A stretch of 64,000 nt of DNA from a virus. Shown piece by piece: positions 42,084 to 49,264 of this stretch. Position 1 is the first letter of the stretch. Each line of letters begins with the position of its first letter. The position numbers were made by a program, and so were the translations under genes. Location of the stretch: IMG/VR virus record IMGVR_UViG_3300031949_000025, positions 3,503-67,502 of that record. One strand, given 5' to 3'. The notes under the pieces were generated by a model, which was given only the letters and a program-made list of their open reading frames with translations, made no database searches and was not told the DNA's origin.

Positions 42084-43737
42084 TGTGCTGGGGTTCATCA
42101 CCGACCAGGCGTGGCAGTATAAGCGCCAAGGAAACCAATACCTCATCCAGCAGTGCCCCCTCTGCGGCAAAAAGAATCACTTCTACATCAACCAGGAATC
42201 CGGAGCTTGGGACTGCAAGTCATGCCAGGCAAAGGGCAGCCTTTTCAGCCTAAAGCAGCGCCTCGGGGCCGGCACCCAGATCGCCCCCATGGTGCCCCGC
42301 AAGCCGGTGCCGGTTATCAGCGACCAGCATGTAGAGCAATGCCACTTCGACCTTTTGAACAACCCCGACGCCCTGGCCTACCTCAAGAGCCGGGGCCTAG
42401 ACATGATAACGCTGGAGCACTTCAAGGTTGGCTACGTCCACGAGCACGGCAAGGGCTGGCTGGTCATTCCTCACTACCAGGATGGGAAGGTGGTCAACCT
42501 CAAGTATCGCTCTCTTCCACCAGACGAGAAAGAGTTTCGCCGCTATCAGGGTGGAGCCAGCGTGATTTTTAACGGTGACGCCATCAAAGGGGCCAGCCGG
42601 GTTCACTTCTGCGAGGGAGAGATTGACACCATGACCGCCTGGCAGCATGGGGTGGAGTGTCCGATTGGCGGGACGTTAGGCACCGGCGGCTTGGCCCCCG
42701 AATGGTTCGATCTTCTGGCGCACGTTACAGAGATAGTCCTACTCCAAGACGGCGACTCCGCCGGCCAGAAGGGGGCAGAGGCAATGGCGAAGCGCCTAGG
42801 CTTAGACCGCTGCCTAAACGTGGTCATCCCAGACGGCGGAGATGTCAATAGTTACTTCCAGACATTTGGAATTGGCGAGTTCAACCTTCTGCCACGCAAC
42901 CCCTACCCCGTCAAGAACGTCATGCCCTTTGGGGAAGCGTTATACCGGCTATCACAGCGCGGGGATAGCACCGGCGCAACTGGACTCAAAACCCCCTGGA
43001 CTAGCGTTGACAAGCTAATCGGCCCCATGTCGGCAGGAGATTTAATCGTCGTCTCGGGCACACCGGGGACAGGAAAGACGACCTGGTGCCTACAGATAGC
43101 TTGGTCGCTGGCACTCCAGAATAAGCCCGTGCTGGTCTACTGTTTGGAGATGAGGCCGGAGCGGTTGGCGTTGAAGGTTGTTCAGGCTTACTTCGGGCTC
43201 ACGGAGGAACAGGTCACACCCGAGAAACTGGGGGAGGCCAGCCTAATCTTTGAGGACCTACCGCTCTACTTTGGTCACAACTTTGACAAACCCAAAGCCG
43301 ACGAGGTTATGGACACCATCAAGGAGGCACAGTCTAGGTTTAACCTCCATCTCGTCGTCTTTGACAACCTTCACTTCCTTTGCCGAGAACTCAAATACGT
43401 TGTCCAGGAGGTTGGCAACGTCACCCGCTCATTCAAACTCCTAGCTGAGTCGTTGGAAATACCTATCATGCTGATAGCCCAGCCCCGCAAGGTGGGCGAC
43501 AAGATGATGACATTGGACGATCTCAAGGACTCATCCTCCATCGGGGCGGATGCTGATTCCGCTATAATCATCCATCGTAAGCCTGTTCGAGGCCAAGACG
43601 GGCAACTGGCGGAGCAGAGCCTTGACCCCAAGACACTTATCCGGCTAGAGAAGAACCGTTATCGAAAAGGGGGAGAGCTTTTCTTGCATTATGATGGGGC
43701 CAAGTCTCGGTTCGGCGAACTGGCGGCAGGGTATTGA
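42076..43737 (+). CDS. bifunctional primase-helicase (zinc finger + TOPRIM + DnaB/gp4-like ATPase)
   Basis: CPLCGKKNH...CKSCQ, FCEGEIDTMT, LLQDGDSAG, Walker A SGTPGTGKTTW and Walker B LVVFDNLH. Confidence 0.9.
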   Translation: MADVLGFITDQAWQYKRQGNQYLIQQCPLCGKKNHFYINQESGAWDCKSCQAKGSLFSLKQRLGAGTQIAPMVPRKPVPVISDQHVEQCHFDLLNNPDALAYLKSRGLDMITLEHFKVGYVHEHGKGWLVIPHYQDGKVVNLKYRSLPPDEKEFRRYQGGASVIFNGDAIKGASRVHFCEGEIDTMTAWQHGVECPIGGTLGTGGLAPEWFDLLAHVTEIVLLQDGDSAGQKGAEAMAKRLGLDRCLNVVIPDGGDVNSYFQTFGIGEFNLLPRNPYPVKNVMPFGEALYRLSQRGDSTGATGLKTPWTSVDKLIGPMSAGDLIVVSGTPGTGKTTWCLQIAWSLALQNKPVLVYCLEMRPERLALKVVQAYFGLTEEQVTPEKLGEASLIFEDLPLYFGHNFDKPKADEVMDTIKEAQSRFNLHLVVFDNLHFLCRELKYVVQEVGNVTRSFKLLAESLEIPIMLIAQPRKVGDKMMTLDDLKDSSSIGADADSAIIIHRKPVRGQDGQLAEQSLDPKTLIRLEKNRYRKGGELFLHYDGAKSRFGELAAGY

Positions 43738-43762
43738 CACCTCACTACCAGCGTAGTATACT
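43734..43762 (+). promoter_or_regulatory. sigma70-type promoter
   Basis: TTGACA (43734-43739, overlapping the helicase TGA), 17 nt, TATACT (43757-43762). Confidence 0.6.
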
Positions 43763-43774
43763 AGCGGAGTAAAC

Positions 43775-43789
43775 GTCCAGACAACTGGA
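43775..43789 (+). promoter_or_regulatory. GTCCAGACAA box (GTCCAGACAACTGGA)
   Basis: 12 nt downstream of the -10 element and 12 nt upstream of GTG 43802. Confidence 0.5.
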
Positions 43790-43801
43790 AAGGGGAAACA
43801 A

Positions 43802-44134
43802 GTGCGTATCTATGTGGCCGGCCCTTACGGAGACCATAACCCACCTGAGGTCATAGCCGAGAACGTGCGGCGAGCAGACGAAGCGGCGCGGGAACTCCTG
43901 GTCATGGGGCACTTGCCATTCTGTCCACACAAGATGACTCACCACTGGGAGCAAGACTCTCGGCTGACGCCATCGCACTATCTCACCCTGGACACCGATA
44001 TTCTCCTGCGCTGGGCCGATGCCCTCTTTCGCCTCCCTGGGGAATCTAAGGGTAGCGATCGAGAAGAGGAACTGGCCCGGGCGTTCGGGATGCCGGTATT
44101 CTACACCTATGCCGAAGTGGAGGCTGCATCGTGA
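43802..44134 (+). CDS. nucleoside 2-deoxyribosyltransferase-like protein (DUF4406-like)
   Basis: 110 aa beginning MRIYVAGPYG, with ...DALFRLPGESKGSDRE. Confidence 0.65.
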   Translation: MRIYVAGPYGDHNPPEVIAENVRRADEAARELLVMGHLPFCPHKMTHHWEQDSRLTPSHYLTLDTDILLRWADALFRLPGESKGSDREEELARAFGMPVFYTYAEVEAAS

Positions 44135-44628
44135 TAATTGGCTTGGCGCATCGTGCTCAGGTGGGCAAGGACACAGTGGGGGAATACCTGGTCAAACAGT
44201 ATGGCTTTGTTCGCCACGCCTTTGCAGACCCACTCAAAGAAGAAGTGAACGCCATACTCAGTGTATTCGGTCGCCGTTACCGAGAAGAGGACAAGGAAAT
44301 CTTGCGGCCCCTCCTGATTGCCTGGGGTGAATATCGTCGCCACCAAAACCCTGGCTACTGGAGCAACTTTCTCATGGGAGACATCAAATGGGACTTGGCA
44401 AGGGAAACCATCCAAGCTCACCACGTCGTTACCGACGTGCGCTACCCCAATGAGGCAGACGCCATCAGGAAACTCGGCGGCATCATCGTCCGCATCAACC
44501 GAGACACCGGCCTGGACATACCGAGCGAGGCCATCATGGACAACTACGTGGCCGATTATGAAGTGGACAACAACGGTGACGTGCTGGCGCTGCTTCACGC
44601 CATCGACCTGATTGTGGAGGGAGAATGA
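44131..44628 (+). CDS. deoxynucleoside monophosphate kinase-like P-loop protein
   Basis: GLAHRAQVGKDT P-loop. GTGA-coupled start. 165 aa. Confidence 0.65.
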   Translation: MIIGLAHRAQVGKDTVGEYLVKQYGFVRHAFADPLKEEVNAILSVFGRRYREEDKEILRPLLIAWGEYRRHQNPGYWSNFLMGDIKWDLARETIQAHHVVTDVRYPNEADAIRKLGGIIVRINRDTGLDIPSEAIMDNYVADYEVDNNGDVLALLHAIDLIVEGE

Positions 44629-45287
44629 TGAACGAGGCAAGGCTGGATGGGATTGACCGAAGGAGGCAAGCGTTCGATGGACGCATTGCTAGGAAGGACG
44701 TTGACGAAATAATCGCCGCCCTTTGGGAAGCCTGGGAGTTGATTCGGATATCGAAATTGCCTTATGTGCTAGAACTTGAGGCTACTAGGGGCGATCTAAC
44801 AGATGTGACAAAAGAAGCCGACCGGCTAATTGACGAGTTGAAAGAGGCGCGGCTGCAATTAGACACAGCCAAGAAACTGCTCTTGCAACAGGCAGACATA
44901 GCGGTGTTACAGGCGGGGCAGGTTGATGAGTTGACGGCGCAACTGGAGGCCAAGGAAAAGCAGCAAGCCCTCCAACGACGGGGTTATCTCTATGCTGTTA
45001 CTTGGCTCAAGGAGAGGGTTGCTAAACTAGAGAAACTAGTTGAGGGTGATGCTGCGGAGATAGAGCGGCTGCAAGATCAAATCACAGAGTTACACCTACA
45101 AATAGAACCCGTGACATGCAGAGAAAACTTACGTCGAGGGATCGGCCCATCAGCCAAACGAGCAAGGCGAACGCATTGTATAAACGGACATCCATTCGAT
45201 ATGAATAACACTTACGTATACCCGAACGGTTGGAGGAAATGCAAAGAATGTAATCGGGATTCTAAACGAAGGCAGCGAAGTGCTTAA
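44625..45287 (+). CDS. coiled-coil protein with C-terminal CxxGH...CxxC zinc finger
   Basis: 220 aa with a long heptad-like region, then CINGHPFDMNNTYVYPNGWRKCKEC. Confidence 0.65.
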   Translation: MMNEARLDGIDRRRQAFDGRIARKDVDEIIAALWEAWELIRISKLPYVLELEATRGDLTDVTKEADRLIDELKEARLQLDTAKKLLLQQADIAVLQAGQVDELTAQLEAKEKQQALQRRGYLYAVTWLKERVAKLEKLVEGDAAEIERLQDQITELHLQIEPVTCRENLRRGIGPSAKRARRTHCINGHPFDMNNTYVYPNGWRKCKECNRDSKRRQRSA

Positions 45288-45334
45288 GGTCGCGTTCCTA
45301 GCAGCCCTGGTGCTGCTCACAGGTTTCGTCACAC

Positions 45335-45409
45335 AGGAGCGTAGCTCAATGGTAGAGCCGGTGGCTGTTAATCACCTGGTTGCGGGTTCGAGTCCTGCCG
45401 CTCCTGCCA
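45335..45409 (+). tRNA. tRNA-Asn (anticodon GUU)
   Basis: Acceptor AGGAGCG/CGCTCCT, D arm GCTC-AATGGTA-GAGC, anticodon loop CTGTTAA, T arm GCGGG-TTCGAGT-CCTGC, encoded CCA. Confidence 0.85.
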
Positions 45410-45427
45410 TTCAACTGGAGGTGAAAG

Positions 45428-45586
45428 ATGAAAGACTGGCAAGCATTCCTGTTGGCGTCAGGGTTGTTCGCGATAGCATCCTCCCTAGCCGATGGGGATT
45501 ACTCCTTATGGTTCAGACTAGGAACGGCCCTACTCGGAACGATGGCGGGGATTCACATGATGCTAGAGAGATTTCGGAAGCCCTAA
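45428..45586 (+). CDS. small two-TM membrane protein (holin-like, 52 aa)
   Basis: Below the track cutoff. GGAGGTGA RBS. Sequence is MKDWQAFLLASGLFAIASSLADGDYSLWFRLGTALLGTMAGIHMM.... Confidence 0.5.
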   Translation: MKDWQAFLLASGLFAIASSLADGDYSLWFRLGTALLGTMAGIHMMLERFRKP

Positions 45587-45606
45587 CCCCTGAGCAAGAG
45601 GTTAGG

Positions 45607-45870
45607 TTGGCCGTTGACCGCTGGTTTGAGCCCTGGGCACAACCGACCGCTCTCTGCATTGTCGAGAGGGAGTCGGGGTTTGACCCGTTTGCGGTGGGCA
45701 GCGCCGGAGAGGTCGGGATCGGACAGACCCACCCCATTCACGCCTGGGCCTATGACTGGGAGCGACTGCGGTCGGGCGACGTGGACTATCAGGTCGGGGT
45801 GATGCACGACCAGGCACGGGGTGGGACATGGTGGCTTCCGTGGTTAGCGCAGAAAGGACGATGCTGGTGA
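45607..45870 (+). CDS. lytic transglycosylase (SLT-domain) protein
   Basis: CIVERESGFDPFAVGSAGEVGIGQ. The track ORF from 45280 runs through the tRNA. TTG 45607 follows AAGAGG; ATG 45508 is an alternative start. Confidence 0.65.
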   Translation: MAVDRWFEPWAQPTALCIVERESGFDPFAVGSAGEVGIGQTHPIHAWAYDWERLRSGDVDYQVGVMHDQARGGTWWLPWLAQKGRCW

Positions 45871-45960
45871 AGGCGCAAGTCCAGTGCAAGAATTGCTGGG
45901 GACGGTGCTCTTGGCCTGGGTGCCCGTTTGTGGCAGCGAGAAAGTGTGGAGGGTAGAGAA

Positions 45961-46281
45961 ATGCAACTGTTCGATGAAGATTTACTTTGTCCTAAGTGCG
46001 GCTATGGGGCGCTTCGGGCTGACTATCAGGGGTGGAGGAACGCAATAGAGCGGACCTGCACAAGATGTGGGTATCGCTGGGACGAACGGCCACTAGATCA
46101 GCAGGCGGAGCAAATCAGCAGGCGGAGCAGCCCAATGATTAGTGACACCTGCCGAACCTGCAAACACTGGGCAGTCTGCATCGCCCCTACCGACTTGCCC
46201 CACGTCGGGGCTTGTGCTAAGGGCAGTGGTATGACCCTGGAGGACTCAAGATGCGGGGAACATCTAGAGGTGGTGAAATGA
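45961..46281 (+). CDS. zinc-ribbon protein
   Basis: ATG 45961. Contains CPKCG...CTRCG and CRTC. Confidence 0.6.
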   Translation: MQLFDEDLLCPKCGYGALRADYQGWRNAIERTCTRCGYRWDERPLDQQAEQISRRSSPMISDTCRTCKHWAVCIAPTDLPHVGACAKGSGMTLEDSRCGEHLEVVK

Positions 46282-46631
46282 ATCTTGAACCCACCGACGA
46301 CGAGCTGGACACCTGGGCTGCGAAGTTCTTGGGGTGGACACCATCTCCTACTTTCCCCGGATGGTGGGTAGAACGTAAGGGTTCAGACCTTATCCATGTA
46401 ATTCCAGTTGACGATTTCCATCCTACCCGACCAGGCCACGAGCACCAGGCCATGATGGTGGTGAGGAAGATGGTCAAGAATGAGTGGGTTTGGGATGCGG
46501 ATGGTGATGATGGACATAATCGTTTCACCTTCGCCAAGGGTAGGATAAACGAATACGCTGTAGACCCAGACATTGGCCGAGCCATAATCCTCGCGGCGAA
46601 GAGAGCAATGGAGGCGCAAGATGCCTTATAG
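46278..46631 (+). CDS. hypothetical protein
   Basis: ATGA-coupled start; 117 aa. Confidence 0.6.
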   Translation: MNLEPTDDELDTWAAKFLGWTPSPTFPGWWVERKGSDLIHVIPVDDFHPTRPGHEHQAMMVVRKMVKNEWVWDADGDDGHNRFTFAKGRINEYAVDPDIGRAIILAAKRAMEAQDAL

Positions 46632-46642
46632 TATCCCTTGCG

Positions 46643-46984
46643 ATGGGGGAGAAACTAAAAGAGGCAAGGTTAGAGTGGAAGGAAGGCAAGGCTGGTGATT
46701 GGTATTTTCACCCGATGGTAGGGGTTTCGGTTAATACAGGTGATGGGTTGCCCTTTGACGGTGAAGCCGGGACGAATTGTATCTACCTCCCCTCTCGCCT
46801 TGACCTAGAGGAACGGCTAATGGATATGGGGTGGCGACGGTTTGATTATCGTTATACGACGTTGGGTGTCTTGTTATTTGCTCACCACCATACCTACGAT
46901 ATTGCCCCGGAGGGTGTAGCCGACACCGCTGCCGATGCAGTGGCAAAGGCATATCTGACAGCAAGGAAGGGGCAAGGGGAATGA
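46643..46984 (+). CDS. hypothetical protein
   Basis: 113-aa ORF. Confidence 0.6.
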   Translation: MGEKLKEARLEWKEGKAGDWYFHPMVGVSVNTGDGLPFDGEAGTNCIYLPSRLDLEERLMDMGWRRFDYRYTTLGVLLFAHHHTYDIAPEGVADTAADAVAKAYLTARKGQGE

Positions 46985-47301
46985 ACTTAGACGAGTGTAT
47001 TAAGCAGTGGGACAATTCCAAAAGAGTCGCTGACGATCTCAGGCAGGCGTTTGATGCCGAGCGCCAGGAGATGCAGCAATATATCCAAGAGTTACAGCGA
47101 CACGTTCGTGAGATTGGTTATGAGTTGTTGGTAGAGCGGAAGCGAAGCCAGAAGCTGCGGGAGGCGGCGCAGGCGCTATACAACGAGATCATGGCGGGGG
47201 CTGATATTTACAGCCCTGAGTTGGGGGACACTATCGGAGACAGATACAAGCTGGAGCTTGAAGCCCTGCGCCAAGCTCTGGAGGGGGAAGACGATGCCTG
47301 A
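46981..47301 (+). CDS. hypothetical coiled-coil protein
   Basis: 106 aa with an ATGA overlap. Confidence 0.6.
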   Translation: MNLDECIKQWDNSKRVADDLRQAFDAERQEMQQYIQELQRHVREIGYELLVERKRSQKLREAAQALYNEIMAGADIYSPELGDTIGDRYKLELEALRQALEGEDDA

Positions 47302-47497
47302 CAACTATCCTGATTGGTGGCCCCAAAACCCTTACCCAGAGGCAGTCTTCCCTATGACTGTCGAGGACTACGTTGCGATGGTGCCTGACCCACACCAGCG
47401 CACGGCATTGTCGGGTTGTTTGGGTCGCATGTTCTGGGAGATCGCATCGAAGAGTATCTTAGCGGCTTACAGGGAAGAAGACGAAGACGATGCCTAA
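47294..47497 (+). CDS. hypothetical protein
   Basis: Start in the 8-nt ATGCCTGA overlap; 67 aa. Confidence 0.55.
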   Translation: MPDNYPDWWPQNPYPEAVFPMTVEDYVAMVPDPHQRTALSGCLGRMFWEIASKSILAAYREEDEDDA

Positions 47498-47687
47498 AGA
47501 CAACCCTATCTACGACCAGCTGAAAGCTCTTACTCTGCAAGAGCGGCTGGCGGTGGCCGCTGCCCACTACGAGGAATACCGTCCTGAGTTTGCTGAGGGG
47601 CTGCGCCACGCTATGAAACTAGTGAGCGAAGATGGCTGGTATCACCTAGCGCCAGCGTGGGAGAGGGAGTGGCACAAAGATGCCTAG
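47490..47687 (+). CDS. hypothetical protein
   Basis: Start in the 8-nt ATGCCTAA overlap; 65 aa. Confidence 0.55.
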   Translation: MPKDNPIYDQLKALTLQERLAVAAAHYEEYRPEFAEGLRHAMKLVSEDGWYHLAPAWEREWHKDA

Positions 47688-48294
47688 AGTGCTTAACCGC
47701 CGGACCGACTCCATCCCTCCAGGGGCGGTCTATGTTGGCCGTCCCTCTAAATGGGGATCCCCATTTAAGGTGAAGAAGATTAAGGGGGAACCCCTGTTCA
47801 TAACTCACCAGCGAAGCGTAGCCCAGTTTCGAGAATATCTATCCGAACACCCCGAACTGGTCGAGGCGGCCAAAGTAGAACTTTGTCGCAAGGATTTGGT
47901 GTGCTGGTGTGCCCCCCTACCATGTCATGCCGACGTATGGATGGAGGTGCTAATGCCGAGTAACTGGAAAGACCTACCCCCCGACGATCGCGACAGGGCC
48001 CTGGCGGAGAAGCTGGGGTGGAAATATGAAAAGTTAGGTCGGGTTTGGGGATGGAGGTTGCCAGATGACAGATGGTATTCCGCAGTATGGCACTCACCTA
48101 CTACATCCTGGGCTGGCATGGGCCTGGTGGTGGCGGCGATGGCGGCAAAGGGGTTTGACCGGATAGTGACAGCCAACAATGGAGCGCCGATCCATGTAGC
48201 TTTTATCCACGACCGTGCCTTTGGTAGCGCCACCAGTGACTCAGAACCCGAAGTTACCGCTGAAGCGGCGTGGAAAGCCTTGGGGGGAGAGTAG
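47680..48294 (+). CDS. DUF4326-domain protein
   Basis: VYVGRPSKWGSPF...LVCWCAPLPCHADV. Start in the ATGCCTAG overlap. Confidence 0.7.
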   Translation: MPRVLNRRTDSIPPGAVYVGRPSKWGSPFKVKKIKGEPLFITHQRSVAQFREYLSEHPELVEAAKVELCRKDLVCWCAPLPCHADVWMEVLMPSNWKDLPPDDRDRALAEKLGWKYEKLGRVWGWRLPDDRWYSAVWHSPTTSWAGMGLVVAAMAAKGFDRIVTANNGAPIHVAFIHDRAFGSATSDSEPEVTAEAAWKALGGE

Positions 48295-48296
48295 AG

Positions 48297-48491
48297 ATGC
48301 CGTTGCCGTTTAACAGGGGAGACCGAGTGATTGTTGTAGCAGAAGGGGAGCGATTCAACGGTCAGGCCGGCTCGATTGTAGGCGACTACGCAGGTAGTGG
48401 GGGACTACTCTGGAGAGTGCAAATAGACGGTGACATGCCAAATACCAGGCGCATCTACTACGAACGAGAATTGAGGCGGTTAGATGCCTAG
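48297..48491 (+). CDS. hypothetical small protein (KOW/SH3-like, inference)
   Basis: ATG 48297 lies 2 nt after the upstream TAG; 64 aa. Confidence 0.5.
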   Translation: MPLPFNRGDRVIVVAEGERFNGQAGSIVGDYAGSGGLLWRVQIDGDMPNTRRIYYERELRRLDA

Positions 48492-48654
48492 CTCGATGTG
48501 TCGTGGCGAAAACCACATTTTTGACGGACTACGCCCCGTCGACCTCGACGACAGTATTGCCGGCTTTGAGGACATCTGTATCTGTGACTGCGGGGTCGTG
48601 ACTCTCAAAGAGTGGCAGGAGAGGGTAGTCCGAAAAGAGCGGACGACTGAATGA
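48484..48654 (+). CDS. hypothetical Cys-containing protein (56 aa)
   Basis: Below the track cutoff. Starts in an ATGCCTAG overlap and ends in an ATGA overlap. Confidence 0.45.
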   Translation: MPSSMCRGENHIFDGLRPVDLDDSIAGFEDICICDCGVVTLKEWQERVVRKERTTE

Positions 48655-49064
48655 GGCGCACTGCTACGCTGGAGGGCTACATTCTTCCCTATGTCCGCAT
48701 GACCCAGGCCGGCAAGTGGGTAAAAGCAAAGGCTAAGGAATACCTTGTCAACCAGAATTATCTAGCTTGGCAGTTAAAGCTCCAGTTGGACCCGCTGCCC
48801 AAGAAGACGCCGATTGCGGTGAGTCTTATCTTCTGGCGCAAGTGGCTTTACGTTGGCGACCTGGACAACCTCGAAAAGGCAGTGCTTGACGCCCTCCAGT
48901 TAGCGGGCATCCTCCCAAACGACGCATGGGTGGTGAGGGTTGTCAAGGAGAAGTTCAGGGCGGAAGAGGGGCCAGACAGGACAGAGATCAACCTTGCCAT
49001 CGCCAAGGGCGGCAAGGGGGCCTGGGGAATAGTCATGGACGATGTGCTGGAGGCGATAGGGTGA
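48651..49064 (+). CDS. rusA: RusA-family Holliday junction resolvase
   Basis: 137 aa with VGDLDNLEKAVLDALQLAGILPND. Confidence 0.8.
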   Translation: MRRTATLEGYILPYVRMTQAGKWVKAKAKEYLVNQNYLAWQLKLQLDPLPKKTPIAVSLIFWRKWLYVGDLDNLEKAVLDALQLAGILPNDAWVVRVVKEKFRAEEGPDRTEINLAIAKGGKGAWGIVMDDVLEAIG

Positions 49065-49264
49065 GCCTTCTCCACGGCGACGCGATAGAGTCCAGCCCTG
49101 ACACGATGCGCTTTCTATACGATGAGCTGGCCCAACGCCTGGGCGAATTGCCGATGGAGACAAACCTGGTCGAGGTGGCTCTGGTCGTGTCAGTGGCATT
49201 GAAAAAGCACAACGCCAAGTTCCGGCCCGCATTCTTCATGGACAAGGTTCTGGAGGGGAAATGA
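49061..49264 (+). CDS. hypothetical protein
   Basis: GTGA-coupled GTG start; 67 aa. It is the tail of track ORF 48926..49264. Confidence 0.4.
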   Translation: MSLLHGDAIESSPDTMRFLYDELAQRLGELPMETNLVEVALVVSVALKKHNAKFRPAFFMDKVLEGK

